Positions 1 through 12,900 of a DNA stretch of 64,000 nt are shown here, piece by piece. This DNA comes from Trichoplax adhaerens (lineage: Eukaryota > Animalia > Placozoa), in NCBI RefSeq assembly GCF_000150275.1, contig NW_002060946.1, positions 6,987,855 to 7,051,854 of the forward strand, read 5' to 3'. The notes beneath the pieces were generated by a model. The model was not told the origin of the DNA and did not search any database. It saw only the letters and a program-made list of their open reading frames with translations. Numbering within the stretch: position 1 is the first letter of the stretch; every line of letters starts with the position of its first letter. The position numbers and the translations under genes are program-made.

Positions 1-184
1 ATGATGATTGTAGTCATGGATGCTGTCGATATTCTGCACTTTATTTTAATTCTAGACTAGCACGTTGATTACTATCGTTATTGAATGTTAATTTATCCAT
101 TCTTGAAATTTTTATCTCCATATTTGCCGACCTGCTCAAATCTTATTTCAATATGATTGGTGCCTGGCCTAATGGTTCATTTAG

Positions 185-2050
185 CCTGAACCCAGGAATG
201 CTAGAGGTAAGTTATCTCTCATCCATTATTTTATTCTATGCCCTGCATAATTTATTTGAAAGGGAATAAATCTATTGAAAGCCATTACTACTGATCTTCA
301 TTTTGATTTGATCATGATTGCGATCTGATAGAATAATAAGTTTTATTTTACCATTTTTAAAACTGATGATTACATTGTTTTTATTTCGTCTATTTCAAAT
401 TGTACAGCTACTTGCGGTTCTACTTCCTACGCAAAGAGCGGCACCATCGAATCTCCCAGCTACCCAAGCAACTATCCTAGGAGAACTGACTGTACCTCTA
501 CCGTTGTTGCTTCGAGTGATGAAGTTGTTACCGTTACCTTCAGCGAGTTTGATGTTGAATCTGCTACCAACTGCAAATATGATTACGTTTCTCTTTATGA
601 TGGTAATACCCTTAGGCACACCTACTGCGGTAAAGGTAGCGTTCCTACCTTCACTACTTCCCCTGGTTCTAACTTCGTGTTAACTTTCCACACTGATGGA
701 TCTGTACAGAAGAAGGGATTCGCTCTTAGCTTCACCGTTACTAGTAAGTTTAAATTATCCTATCATAGCGAGATGGATAGGGTATTAGCATACAACCAGT
801 AGGATAAGTTGGAATTATCATTTTACTCATGTAAGATAGATAGTGTGATTATTATCGTAACGACGGCAGTTGTTTGTCATTGATATCGCTACGATGGCTT
901 AACTTCATCGGAGATCGGCTTTATTTCATTTAGTTTGCTCATTCACTAATCTATCCTGCTAGAATAGCTTGATCTAAGAATCGATTTAACGTTAAGGCAA
1001 TTTTGGATAGCTACTAGTGTATCAACGTAACACTTGCCAATCTTGTTAATCTTGATTGGCTATCGGTAATCCAATCATAAGAACTCGTTATCGTTGTTCA
1101 TGAATGAAGATTGATTGGAGTCGATGAGTCTATCTTCAATGATCATGTTAATTTTTATTCAGGAATTGGATATTCAACTCATGTTAATTTATGCCTATAA
1201 TTGATTGATTCTTCTTTTACTCATGCCATAATTAGAAGTTGCTGCTCCTACTGGTAGCACTACTGGCACTGTCAGCACTGGTACTTATAACCCAGGCACC
1301 TGTGGTAAAACAGCATATAAACTATCCCTGACCGACCGTATCGTTGGTGGTGCAGAATGTAGCCCAAAACATGCCCTTCCATGGCAAGTATCTCTCCAAA
1401 CCAACACTGGCTTCCATTTCTGTGGTGGTTCCATCATCAGTGATAGATATGTTGTTACTGCTGCTCACTGCGTTGATGGACAAACTCCAACCTCCTGGAG
1501 AATTGTTCTTGGTGCTCACAACATCGGAAGCAATGAACCTAGCCAATTTGTTGCCACTGTCAAGAGAGCTAAAATGCATCCTAGCTACGACACCAGTACC
1601 CTCAGCAATGACATTGCTATCATAGAATTAAACGAAAAAATCACTTTCACTAATGAAATTTCCCCGGTCTGTGTATCCAAAACTAGAATTGCTGATAATG
1701 CAGACGTCATAGTCTCTGGCTGGGGTACTTTAACAGCTGGTGGCGCCTCGCCTGATACCTTGCAAAGAGTAATCGTTCCTACGATCTCTCGCTCTGAGTG
1801 TAGCTCTACAGTCTATGGCACAGGTTACATTGATAGCACCATGTTGTGCGCTGGTCTTATGTCTGGTGGCAAAGATTCCTGCCAAGGTGACAGTGGTGGC
1901 CCACTTGTTCACGATCGATCTGGTACCTACTACTTGGAAGGTGTTGTCAGCTGGGGCTATGGTTGCGCCGATCCTAACCGTCCAGGTGTTTATGCTCGTG
2001 TTTCCAGCTTGTACAGCTTCTTGGAAACAGAAACCGGTCTGACCTTCTAA
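185..2050 (+). CDS. CUB-domain trypsin-like serine protease zymogen (S1A); 5' signal exon probably upstream of the window
   Basis: Exons: probable micro-exon 185-206 (PEPRNAR); 408-743 (CUB: TCGSTSYAKSGTIESPSYPSNYP...FDVESATNCKYDYVSLYDG...YCG...FHTDGSVQKKGF); 1236-2050 (Thr/Gly linker, CGK, activation site R|IVGG at 1337-1351, TAAHC, NDIAI, DSCQGDSGGP, stop TAA 2048-2050). Splice phases join in frame. The catalytic triad is intact, and Asp at the S1 pocket (DSC) implies trypsin specificity. Confidence 0.95.
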
Positions 2051-2212
2051 ATACCTGCTTTGGATATCCGTTCTATCAACTCTAAAACGCAAATATGATC
2101 AATCTATACTTCATCGATCATGAACACTGTAGAATTGTAGTTGAAAATATTCATTTTTCTTATGTAGTTGAAAATCAATTAGCATTTATTACGTTTTGTA
2201 ACTATTGCAATC

Positions 2213-2218
2213 AATAAA
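2213..2218 (+). promoter_or_regulatory. Probable polyadenylation signal of the protease gene
   Basis: AATAAA about 160 nt after the stop codon. Confidence 0.55.
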
Positions 2219-2380
2219 ATCGAAATCAATCGAACAAACGATCAAAATTTCTTTCCCTTGAATGAAATGATTTAGTCTTTTACGATTAAATACAGCTTAT
2301 GATAATCGATGACGATAATCAATCGCACTAAAAGCTCGTTGTGTTTTATCATCATTAGTATCCATCTTCTACTTTATAGT

Positions 2381-3940
2381 ATCATAAGTTAGGATAGTTC
2401 TATACTGGATTGTTTTGCAAGGAATACCTATTTATCATGGTATTATCGTGGACAACATTGAATAATTAGATAGTGCTTACTTTATGATTGGTATTAATGC
2501 AAACAATCATCAATAAAACTAGTATTGATATGGCAAGTTGCTGTGGTATCCAATTGTTTGTGGGATATGGATAATGGATAGTTTAGAAACTAGTATCGTA
2601 GTGATGAGTCTAATCTCTTGATCAGTATTTCTACCCGATGTCTATCACGAACTAGATCAAAAAGCAACCTTATGTGGATACGAATAACTGTGTTCATCAT
2701 GTGTAGTACAACTCCTAGAATAGCTTAATAGATTGTAGGAAGTCGCCAAGTGATATGTAAAAATAAAAGATAGACACTGTATGTGCTAGATTGTAGATTA
2801 ACTGGAATCGCAAGATTGTGTTAAGTGCGTATCTGCATTGAATAGTTACAGTAGATATTGTAGCTCGGGTTGGCAATCTTTTATTAAGGTGGTTGAACAC
2901 CAGAGATTATGTCAGTAATTTGATACTAAATCAATCAGAAATTATAAATCTAAACATAGTTGGCTCACTATGAAAATGATCCGGCTAAAGTTCAAACTAA
3001 GAGCTAAAGGATTAGAATTTTGCGCTTTAACCGGCTATGCCAGTAATTTAAGTAAAATGTAAATCATACTAACAGATTTTATAATTCCGTGGAAGTGATT
3101 AGTGACATGCTGAAAGCATGAAACAGATTTTGTTTTCTTTAGCAAACAGAGGTTCATAATTATTAAACTGCCGTACTCTGTATGCTCCTACTTCCGACTT
3201 TAACCTATTTTATGATCGATATAAGCAGGAGATTACTTCTGATAGAGCTAATTTATTCTTATTCTTGGTTAAAGAAGTAGTTTATATAATAAAATGCATA
3301 TGATAAGTTATCAAATTTGGATCATTTTCTGATTTTAAGACACTTTATCATACCATGATATTGTGATAGGATGAGCTTGAAATGCCAGTCTATCCACTAA
3401 TAACTAGTTAAATTTATTCTATTGACTATTTCTAGGCATCTATTAAAGTTCTAACTTACTGGAATCAATCCTTAGCCGGATGATCGTTAGTATCAATGTT
3501 CTAATCAATGATATCATAAGTTAGGATGTTCTACACTAGAGTTTGTAATAGAAGATACCTGTTTCTCATAGTATCATAGTGGATAATATTGGATAATTTA
3601 AATACAAGATTGCTTATTTTATGATTATTGTAAATGAGAATAACACAAGTCATCAATAAAAATTTTGATAGAGCAAGCTGTTGTGGTATCAAATTATTCG
3701 TAGGATATGGATAGTTTATAAAGCAATACTATGGTGATGCTTTAATCTCTTAATCAGTATTTCTATCCGTTGCCTGTTATGAACTAGATAAAAAAAAGTA
3801 GCCAAATGTAGATACGAATAATTCATATTTATCACCTTATGATGATAGAATAAGCTTGAAATAGCAGCCTGTTCACCAGTAACCTCGTCAAAGTTATTCT
3901 ACTGATTATTTCTAGGCACACTAGAATCAGTCTTTAGCCA
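2381..3940. repeat. Decayed tandem duplication (~430-bp unit); first copy interrupted by ~645 bp
   Basis: 2381-2700 aligns to 3513-3835 (atcataagttaggat...gctgtggtatc...taatctctt.atcagtatttcta...gatacgaataa). 3347-3478 aligns to ~3830-3940 (tgatag.at.agcttgaaat...tatttctaggca...aatca.tc.ttagcc). Confidence 0.8.
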
Positions 3941-5021
3941 AATAAATTCATAAAATAGAACTGAAATAAATTCTATTTACAGAGTTATTATTATCCTAAC
4001 TAGGTAAAAATGGAAGCTGGTACAATGATATTTTACGGTACTTGAGCAGTATAACGACAAAGTTATATCACACATAGCTGGACATCCTTTCTTTCACTCT
4101 GATAATTCGTAAGTTAGAATTCTACTAGAGCATCTCACGCTTAATTAAGCATTGCAATATCCTAGGTCGTAAACGATAAGCAAAATAGTTCAAAAATAAA
4201 TTATGACGGATAAAATAAAAAGAACTATTATTGTTGTCACATCCACAGAGAAATTATTTTTATACTATAGGATAAGTTCAAATGAGACGAATAGTTTCAT
4301 ACCTACTGTAACATTATGATCTTATATAGAAGATGCCTAGTATAGTAATATCCTAATATACGAATACTTATCATATACCGTTTAAGTACTGTATTGTATT
4401 ACATTCATAATGTACGACATCATGACTACATATAGACGACATGCTATACATATAAAGACATTATCTCAATCCCATCTAAAACCTATAAATACCCTTGTAC
4501 GCTAACTCGCTAGTCAGTTCCTACATTCCTGCTATCTCAAATACCTTATCTATAACAACCATATCATTGTTAGCCTGTAACTTGTATCTCAATAAAATCC
4601 TTTATACCGTCTATCATCGTCTACCTTAAAATACTTTACGCTACTTAAAGAAGATATTATTACACCTACATTATTTAATTAGCTAAATTAATGTAAGAGC
4701 GGGCTATATCTTCTGATTTACTTTATCATTGAGGTACCAAAAATGTCTTGTTGATTGATAACAATTAAACTACACTATGCTGTTTATTTAACAATATCAA
4801 AATGTGATATTGAAGGCAAAGTTGGACTAGAATTTTACTGAAACTAACAATTAAGTGTATTAGAAAAATATTGGAATAAATGTCAGCAATCAATTTTAAC
4901 TTCCTTATTCAATATTCCAATGAAGTAGCGGGAATCAACTTGAATTGATCGATTTATTAATGGATCAGAATGTATAAGACTACTTGATTGATATGATAAT
5001 TGCTGAGTAATATCTGACAGG

Positions 5022-5099
5022 TCTATCAAATGGTAATACTATCTGTTAAATGAGCACATTATCGTAAACCGTCAGCAAAGCGACGGGAGTTTGCACTAG
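5022..5099 (+). mobile_element. Helitron-like 3' terminal fragment
   Basis: 78 bp nearly identical to 60225-60302. GC hairpin ccgtc(a)gc-aaa-gcgacgg about 10 nt before the terminal CTAG, which is followed by T. Confidence 0.65.
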
Positions 5100-5165
5100 T
5101 TTCCTTGAAGTACGATTAAAGGATTGTAATAGATGGCTCTAGCCGGGTTGAGATTACTGACTAAA

Positions 5166-5600
5166 TGTCACAAACCAGCTTCGTGACAAGGATAACGTAA
5201 AACAAATCTCTATATTACTATAGTCTCCGGGATTCAGTATCCCTACTCACAAGAATTTAGACGCCTTTGATTCTACGTTAAACTCAACTAGACAATTGAG
5301 AACTGCTTCATTCAACTATCTAACGGGCTTATATACCCTTCTACAGCAGCTAACATTCACAAGTCATCTTATAAAATACTTGGATGAGAACATCTACTAA
5401 CTAGTTTTTCACAGTCTGACTACAATATGTCCATTCACAGAATCATTTCAGTACACATTACAGCACAGCAATAAATTTACTGTAACACATTTATAATTAG
5501 AGTAATTCCTATTGTAAGGAACTAGATGTAATATATTATCACTATATTATATTAACCAAATTTAGATAACCATTTCTTCACGGTAGTTCGTACCGTGACA
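5166..5600 (+). mobile_element. Solo LTR-like element, copy 1 (435 bp)
   Basis: Termini TGTCAC...GTGACA flanked by a perfect 5-bp TSD CTAAA (5161-5165, 5601-5605). Internal TATA-like sequence (~5330) and AATAAA (~5470). Near-identical copy at 48210-48651. Confidence 0.85.
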
Positions 5601-6945
5601 CTAAAGCATAGAAAAACAAATGGTAACAGCAAATTCAAGTTCATAACTATATGACTAATATGGTTATCAGTAGTTTACTTGAGTTTATTAGAAAATGATC
5701 GAAGCTGACCGCAAGAATCAACTCTAGAATGATTAAAAAGAATTGGCATAGATAGCGATAAATAGCTCAATTCGATGTTTTATTGATCATAATACGTAGC
5801 AGCAATCAATTTATAGAAATACTCGAGTGAATAAAATTCATTTTAATATCTGTTCAGTTAATTAGGATTGGAATCGATATTAGTAATCCATACAACAAAG
5901 TTGATAATTATAGGATTAGCATAGATAGTAGCAAGCTACTCTGGTCCATTAGTAGAGAATCCAAATAGATAGTAATAATCAAATATAGGAGTGACTACAG
6001 AACCATAACTACGGGTAAGGTTGATGATCAATTTAAGGAATTAAAATGGATAACAGTTATCCATCTATCGTAAATGCTACGATGGAAAATACTTTATTAT
6101 AACATCCTCTATATTCATTTTTAGCTGCGGTAATGATATCTATTAGCCATTTTATATTTTTTCTTATTCAGTTTGTCCTTTTTGTCCATGCAACTCATTC
6201 CATAAAAGATTTTGTCTATCTTATTTATTAATGCCAACTATCAGGAATGTCTAAACTTCGTTTTAGTAACATTCAATAATGATAACATTGTAATTATGAA
6301 CGAAGTTACTAAAAATAATTCAAATAGAAAAACAGGATGATGATGCTGCATGATAATACTTGCATTTTTAGGGTAGCGAATAATTGAAAATTATAACGGA
6401 TTAACTGAATCAATTCTTTACGGTTTAAAAGAATTAAGTAATTTATAAACAGCAACATATCTAATACGATATCGAAACTAAGTAAAGTCCACGAAAGGCA
6501 ATTTATCTACATTCATTGTAAGTGTGTAATATCGAATTAATGTAGTTTATGGGCATAATCAAAGATTAATTTCTGATTGATAAACATCGGATATCGAAGA
6601 TGATTGCCTAACTCTCTCAAATTACTCAGTATCTTCACATTAGTTCAATATAGCTGATCCTATTTATTTCAGAATTAAACATTTACAAGGTTATGCGTTT
6701 TACTTGCTAGCACAATTTATCTAGTTTGACTACAAAATATTTTATTTCTTACTAAAGAATACCAAAATCAAAATTAACTAGTAAACATATATAAAATGGC
6801 TGGCATTCTTTTACTTAATGAAAGCCTTCTGCTATTCCATGATTATCGATAATCTACAGTTTTGACAGTGATTTCTGCAGATAAACTCTACCGTAGAAGA
6901 TAATTTAGAATGTTTTATTAAATGAACATTCCGTCCATAATCGGC

Positions 6946-9900
6946 TCATTCAGCCAAAGATTGACTTGAATCCATTAACAAAGTTGTAGAGGATAAAGAA
7001 ATAAGGTTTGCTACTAAGATATTGAAATTCCAGCTCGATATTTGCATGAATTCTTACTATACCCGACATCCTATAATTTATCGGCTATAAAAATAATACG
7101 CATATAGTTATCATTTTTCTAGTATCTAGAAAATTATAATAATTAATATGTTCTCGAATTGATAGGCTACAAATATCAAAATTTAATTGATGCATCACTA
7201 ATTAAATGAGTGATGGCAAGCTAACAAGATTATTAATTATTGCAGATCCAATTCTAAAATGAGCGTATGCATTCTAATATGAGAAAATATTTTAACAAAT
7301 CTACTTAATGTCTTAAATACTTAGAGGGATAACATTACAGAATTTTAAACCTTAATTAGTTCAGAAATATTAACTGATAAATTATAAATCAAATGCAAAT
7401 TTGAAGAGCATAAATCCTATGACAGGCTACAGTCATGCCTTAACAATACCTGATCTTAATTAAAATAAATAGGCTATTAATGCTAGAAGTCATTACTACT
7501 CATCAATTTTGTACTTACGAAATTTAGAACGCTGACTATGGCCGGTGTTGCTGAATTCTGATAGAGATATAAGACGCGGCCGCGGATCAATTTGATTTCT
7601 AAATCGTCTAGATGGCTGATATATGAGTAATGATAGACAATAACAATAATAAGATTACTTATTCATAAATATATCCGGTACTTAATGCGTTTATTTCTTC
7701 AATTCGAATTGAAATTTTGATGCAATGATTAAAAAAATACAATAATCTTATTCAAATACCAACAGATTCTACTTTTAACACTCAATTATATCTACTACAG
7801 TATATAGTCCATTAATTAGCCTATCAAAGTTTTGTTCATTTAGGCGTATATCGAAATAATGTTTGTAGGCGATGATAAAAATGTAATTAATGATCAATTT
7901 ATAGCTTAGACTTTGTAACTGGTGATTAGTTATGATTGATATTAGGCTATGCCATAGACTGTCAATAGTTATAGCAGATATACAAAATGTTTTGTTAGTA
8001 ATAACGAAATGATGACTTGAAAAAATTTTATAATAACTCATAATTAGAATATCAAAATAATTATTGTTTGTAAAGATTTACTACCAGAGCATAATGGATA
8101 GACAAAGATGATTCAGTTGCAGATTAGCATCATCTAGTTCTATCTTGTAGCCAGCCATTAAACACGGATATTAGCTATCGCAAATTTATTCTTCAGCAAG
8201 CCAGAAGGCTTTTTGTCATAACTCAAATAATTAGCCAACAGTTGCTTGATAAATAATTGACATAGTACTCCATCTTTACCTATTCTATAATTATCATCTA
8301 TACTGCCAATTATATTTAATCTTACCTTGGATAACAGAGCAATAGATGAAGAGTGTTTTGCTGTTAGGTACTTGTCCTTCATCCTTTTGTAACCCATTTT
8401 AACCTGAGTTAAAAATTGTAATAAAAATCTCTAAATACTACGCTGAGTTATATTTTCTGGTTATTTTCTTTAGTTCTAGGGATTATCCTACTGCAGATCA
8501 GTATAACGTTTTTCCGGGTGTACATACTTCTGAGTTCATTAAGCAGTGGAAAATGAATATAAAGCATCCCTGTATAATTATAGACATTATTACAGATTAT
8601 GAGGACGTCCATATTATTATAACCTAATTGATTCTACTAGCGTGATTTATCTTTCTAGCACTAAGGTTATAGAAAAAGGTAATATTTAACTGTTTCTAAA
8701 ACAAGACATTACCTGTGAAGAATTTAAGATAACAAAGATATAGCTAAATAGAATAGAATATTTGTCCGTTGAAAATATTCCAAATATCCAAGTTAATCCT
8801 AAGATTGGAAATAGTATTGCAAAACCTTTGGTAGCTGTCCTATGAAGATAAATTAAAGCGATTCAATTGGATACTAAACTTTATTCGCTGCAGTAAAATT
8901 AGTTTTATTTTTATTTTTATGATTTCTGTAAATTAAATATTAATTAAGTAAATGATGTACATTATATACGCTGCTTTAAGATGAATCTTTGGCAATTATA
9001 GGTTAAATTTAGCTTGAATTTACATGAATAATATTACATAACACTCAACATATGGAATACAGTATCAATGCTAATTAAATACTTTGCTAAATATAAATGT
9101 TCGTATTTATATAGTCTGGTTTATTCATAAAATTGCTTGCTGCTCATTAATATTGTTAGTGTTTATTTGCATTAATTAGGATATGAGAATACTGCTAGAG
9201 AGTCCACTACTTCAGCTAATAATAGCATTTCATTTCCAAGGTTTGAGGATTAATCACTAACTTTATTTGCCGCAATTTTTCAGATTCTTTATGATCGACC
9301 ATATTTGAGCTAGCGGATTTTATAAGCGTAATTCTGATTACAATAAGCGCAATTATCCCATTAATCTGCAAAAGAACAAATTTTACAAACTAGATTAGCA
9401 TACTAATCTCTTTAATGGTTAAAAGTGAAAAGTCTTACGAACACTAAAGAAGCAATTTTACTTAGAATAATCCATTTGACATGGTTTTATAATTCTATTT
9501 TATCCTATTTACCGAGATAACGAGAATAAGTGGTCCAACAAACGCCCAAATAAGACCATTTGCAGTTGATAACCAGCAACTAATCAAGGGCGGAAAGCCG
9601 ATCAATTAGTATATAAATTTAAATAAATATTAGACAAAGAGATAATTTGAACTTACGTGTTATTTACGCCATAATTATCGTAGCGGATAGCAGTGGCGAC
9701 TCCCACAATTACAGCGGGGATGCCTAATATCATTAAGTTATTCAATTACCATTAATGCTATAAAGACAGAAATCTTTGCCCATGTCTTGGAGGCAATAGC
9801 CTTACTCAAATTGATAGCATACATACTACTACTGTATGTATTTATAATTAAAACAGGGTCAAATAGCCAATAATTATACATATTTACCCCATCCAATTAT

Positions 9901-12900
9901 ATAATACATCCAAATTTTATCTTTCTGATGAAAGACAGCTACAATCTGCATATAAAGATGTAGTCCTTCGGCTAGCATCCAGCAAAATGCAGCTAAAAAG
10001 AGATAATGCATGGAAATGGCAACTATTTTGCAAGCGATCTAGAACCAATAGTATCATGATTAATTGTTTTATTAAGGGTTATAGTATAAATGGAATAAAG
10101 GCTTTGATTGAAGAGACTCATTTATTCAGACTCATTTTATTCAGGATATCAAATTAGAACTTGATGTGTAATGCGACTATTAATTTATGTACCGCAATGG
10201 TTGTAAAATTTTCGCTGATTAATAATTCTGACTGAGCGAGCATTAAAGCAATAATTAAATTGCTATGGATAATATATCGTCTTGATCGCAGTCTAATATA
10301 AAGATAAGTAAGGTTAGATTATAATTACTAGCGTGGGTTGTCCTAATTTTAATTAATATGCATAAAGATAGAGATTACTTGAATTACCTAAGTATGTAAA
10401 ATACCAAAAGTGTTACTAGCGAGGCTGACAAGGAAGTTCCAATTCCAATGTAGGAAATTAGTTTCAAGTTGTAGGTATGTGTAGCAGATACCTGAAAAGT
10501 TATAGTCCGTAGTGATGTTCAAAATGAGTTAATAACGCCATACAATGAGTATATGCTATCGTTGCATATTACTAAAATTTATAGACAGCTCATCTCCCAA
10601 GTAACCTCCGCAATTTGATTTGCGGCAGAAGATATGATATACAGTAATCAAATTTTATGTTGAATGTTAGTTAAAATAATCGATTTTCTGATTGTAAGCG
10701 GTATTTATGATTAAGCTAAAATATCATAGGCCCATACTAGTCTGTTTTACTAATTACTGCTGCCAATAATAAAGGAGATCTTGGCTTGGGATACTGAATC
10801 ACTTATAAAAATGCAGCGTTTATATTTTGTTAACCAAATGCAAGATACGATATTCTCGCCATGTAACTCATGAACCATACAGTTTACGCTATTAATACGT
10901 CGATATAATTATTGCTATCGGCCTAGTGCATCTTAATATTACTTACAACTGATTATAAGCTTACCGGTGTAGTAGAAATCCGAACCAAGATAGCAAAATG
11001 GGTTAAGTGATTGCATTGGCACTTTGTATGACTACTGTTGGTAGAAAGGACTTGACAGCCTTCATTAGACCAATATCCCGAATTTGAAGACTTCCTAATT
11101 ATTAAATACTTGCTAGTATTAGCGTTAAATTGTGTCTTTTACGAAGAAACAACAGTAAATCCATATTAAAATATGTGTAAAAGAGTTAATGTAAGTAGTC
11201 CAAAAATGAAACTACGAGTATATCAGCTTAGTTATCAAGACTATTCCACAAGATGAATCTTTTGCCAAGCTTACTGGTTAGGAAGTAGCCAATAGGAACA
11301 GGAAATTTGTTGTTTGGAAAAGTTAGCCTAGACATAGGGATGTAAAATTAGCCATCTAGAATTGAACCCAATGCGTATGCATTATATGATTTAGTTCCTA
11401 ATCTATCTGTTAAGACGTGAGATGATCATGCCATATTGGTTTATTTGGAACATATTTCTAAAACAGATAATTTATGATGATTTCATCATGATATATGATA
11501 CCATAATTAGCCTCACAAAGTTTGAGGCCATTAGCCTTATAGTCATATAATATGATAATGTTATAGGGAAATCTGTTATGCTTAGGTTAGTAAACTTTGA
11601 CTAATTGTAATCTAATTTCTATACACCAGCTCTACAATATCATATTTAAATCTCAATAAAATATTAATACTTAGCATTAAATTAATACTAAGGTTCCTTT
11701 AAAGTTTGGTGGCTAAAGTAAGTAAGTACCGAAGTAATAAATATTTAATCAACTGTGATATTGATCTTTAGGTCGATAGGTCAAGTATCAAAATAGAATA
11801 AAATAACATATAGCACTAAAGCAAACGCGTAGCTTCTCGTGCAATTAAAGAATAAATTTATGTCCCTAAAATACAATTCTAGGGCAATTGAATGCTGTAA
11901 ATAATTTTTATATGGACTAAAATTGGAGGTCTTTTAGTCTACAAAATGAAGCTCTCAGACAGTTAATACAGTTGGTCCTACATGTAAATGCGACACGTAG
12001 AATGTAAACGGTTGATTATCCGATAGAGCCAATTTGGGATAAGCGCTGCATATAATGATTGGTGAATTAAGAATCCAACGATCTGTTGAGCTGGAGGATG
12101 AACTATTTAGCCTTGAAAATAGTGGAGTAAAGGTGGATAAAAAAAATTAAATCTGGGTATATTAGCAAAAACGGAAATGAAAAAATATTATAATAAAAGT
12201 ATTAAATATGGTTAAAGGTGCTGTATAGTTGGGTGAGTAGTTTCAAAAGAATTTAAAAAGTATTGATGCTTTGAAAGAAATTATTAAACGGTTCTTGCTT
12301 GCTGATTACCTTTTTTCCGTAAATTCATCACGATAGTTTAACAGTTTAGGAAAGGATCGAAAGATACCATAATTAATAGCAACCTTGGATGGCACTAAAG
12401 ATGATATGATTAGGAAAGAAATTGATGCTGTTATAAACGAGAATCCTAGAGTATCGAACATGTCGCTGAATAATTAAGCTATCAAATTTTAGTATTATAT
12501 AAAAAATTAAATGGTTGAAGGATAGTACACTAATATTTATGGCTATGTGAATTATGTTCATATACGCTTTGTCAAATTCTATTTCTAGGTAATTTTAAAA
12601 AAAATGAGAAGTTTAATTAATGGATTGTAACTGAAAACATTTAATTCGCAGTAGTCGGTAATAATAATACGCAATTAACTGAAGCTAACCTCTTAGAGAT
12701 TTTGCAAGTTGCAACTTATTTCCAATGCGGTGCGAAGAACTTTGGCCCGCCGAATAGAAATATTTGATATATCCGTGCGTTTCAAATTGATTTTGATTAT
12801 AGATACGCAGATCTAATTCTACAATAATTTAGCCAAGTCATTTTTAGTAAGAAAAATTAGCAGAACTATTTCTTGATTCTTATAGCAAACACTTTTTATT

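Noticed and set aside
318-2092. ORFs 318-683, 395-619, 1322-1579, 1344-1625, 1730-2092 and 1815-2042
   Set aside because: Alternative-frame or antisense overlaps of the CUB-trypsin exons.
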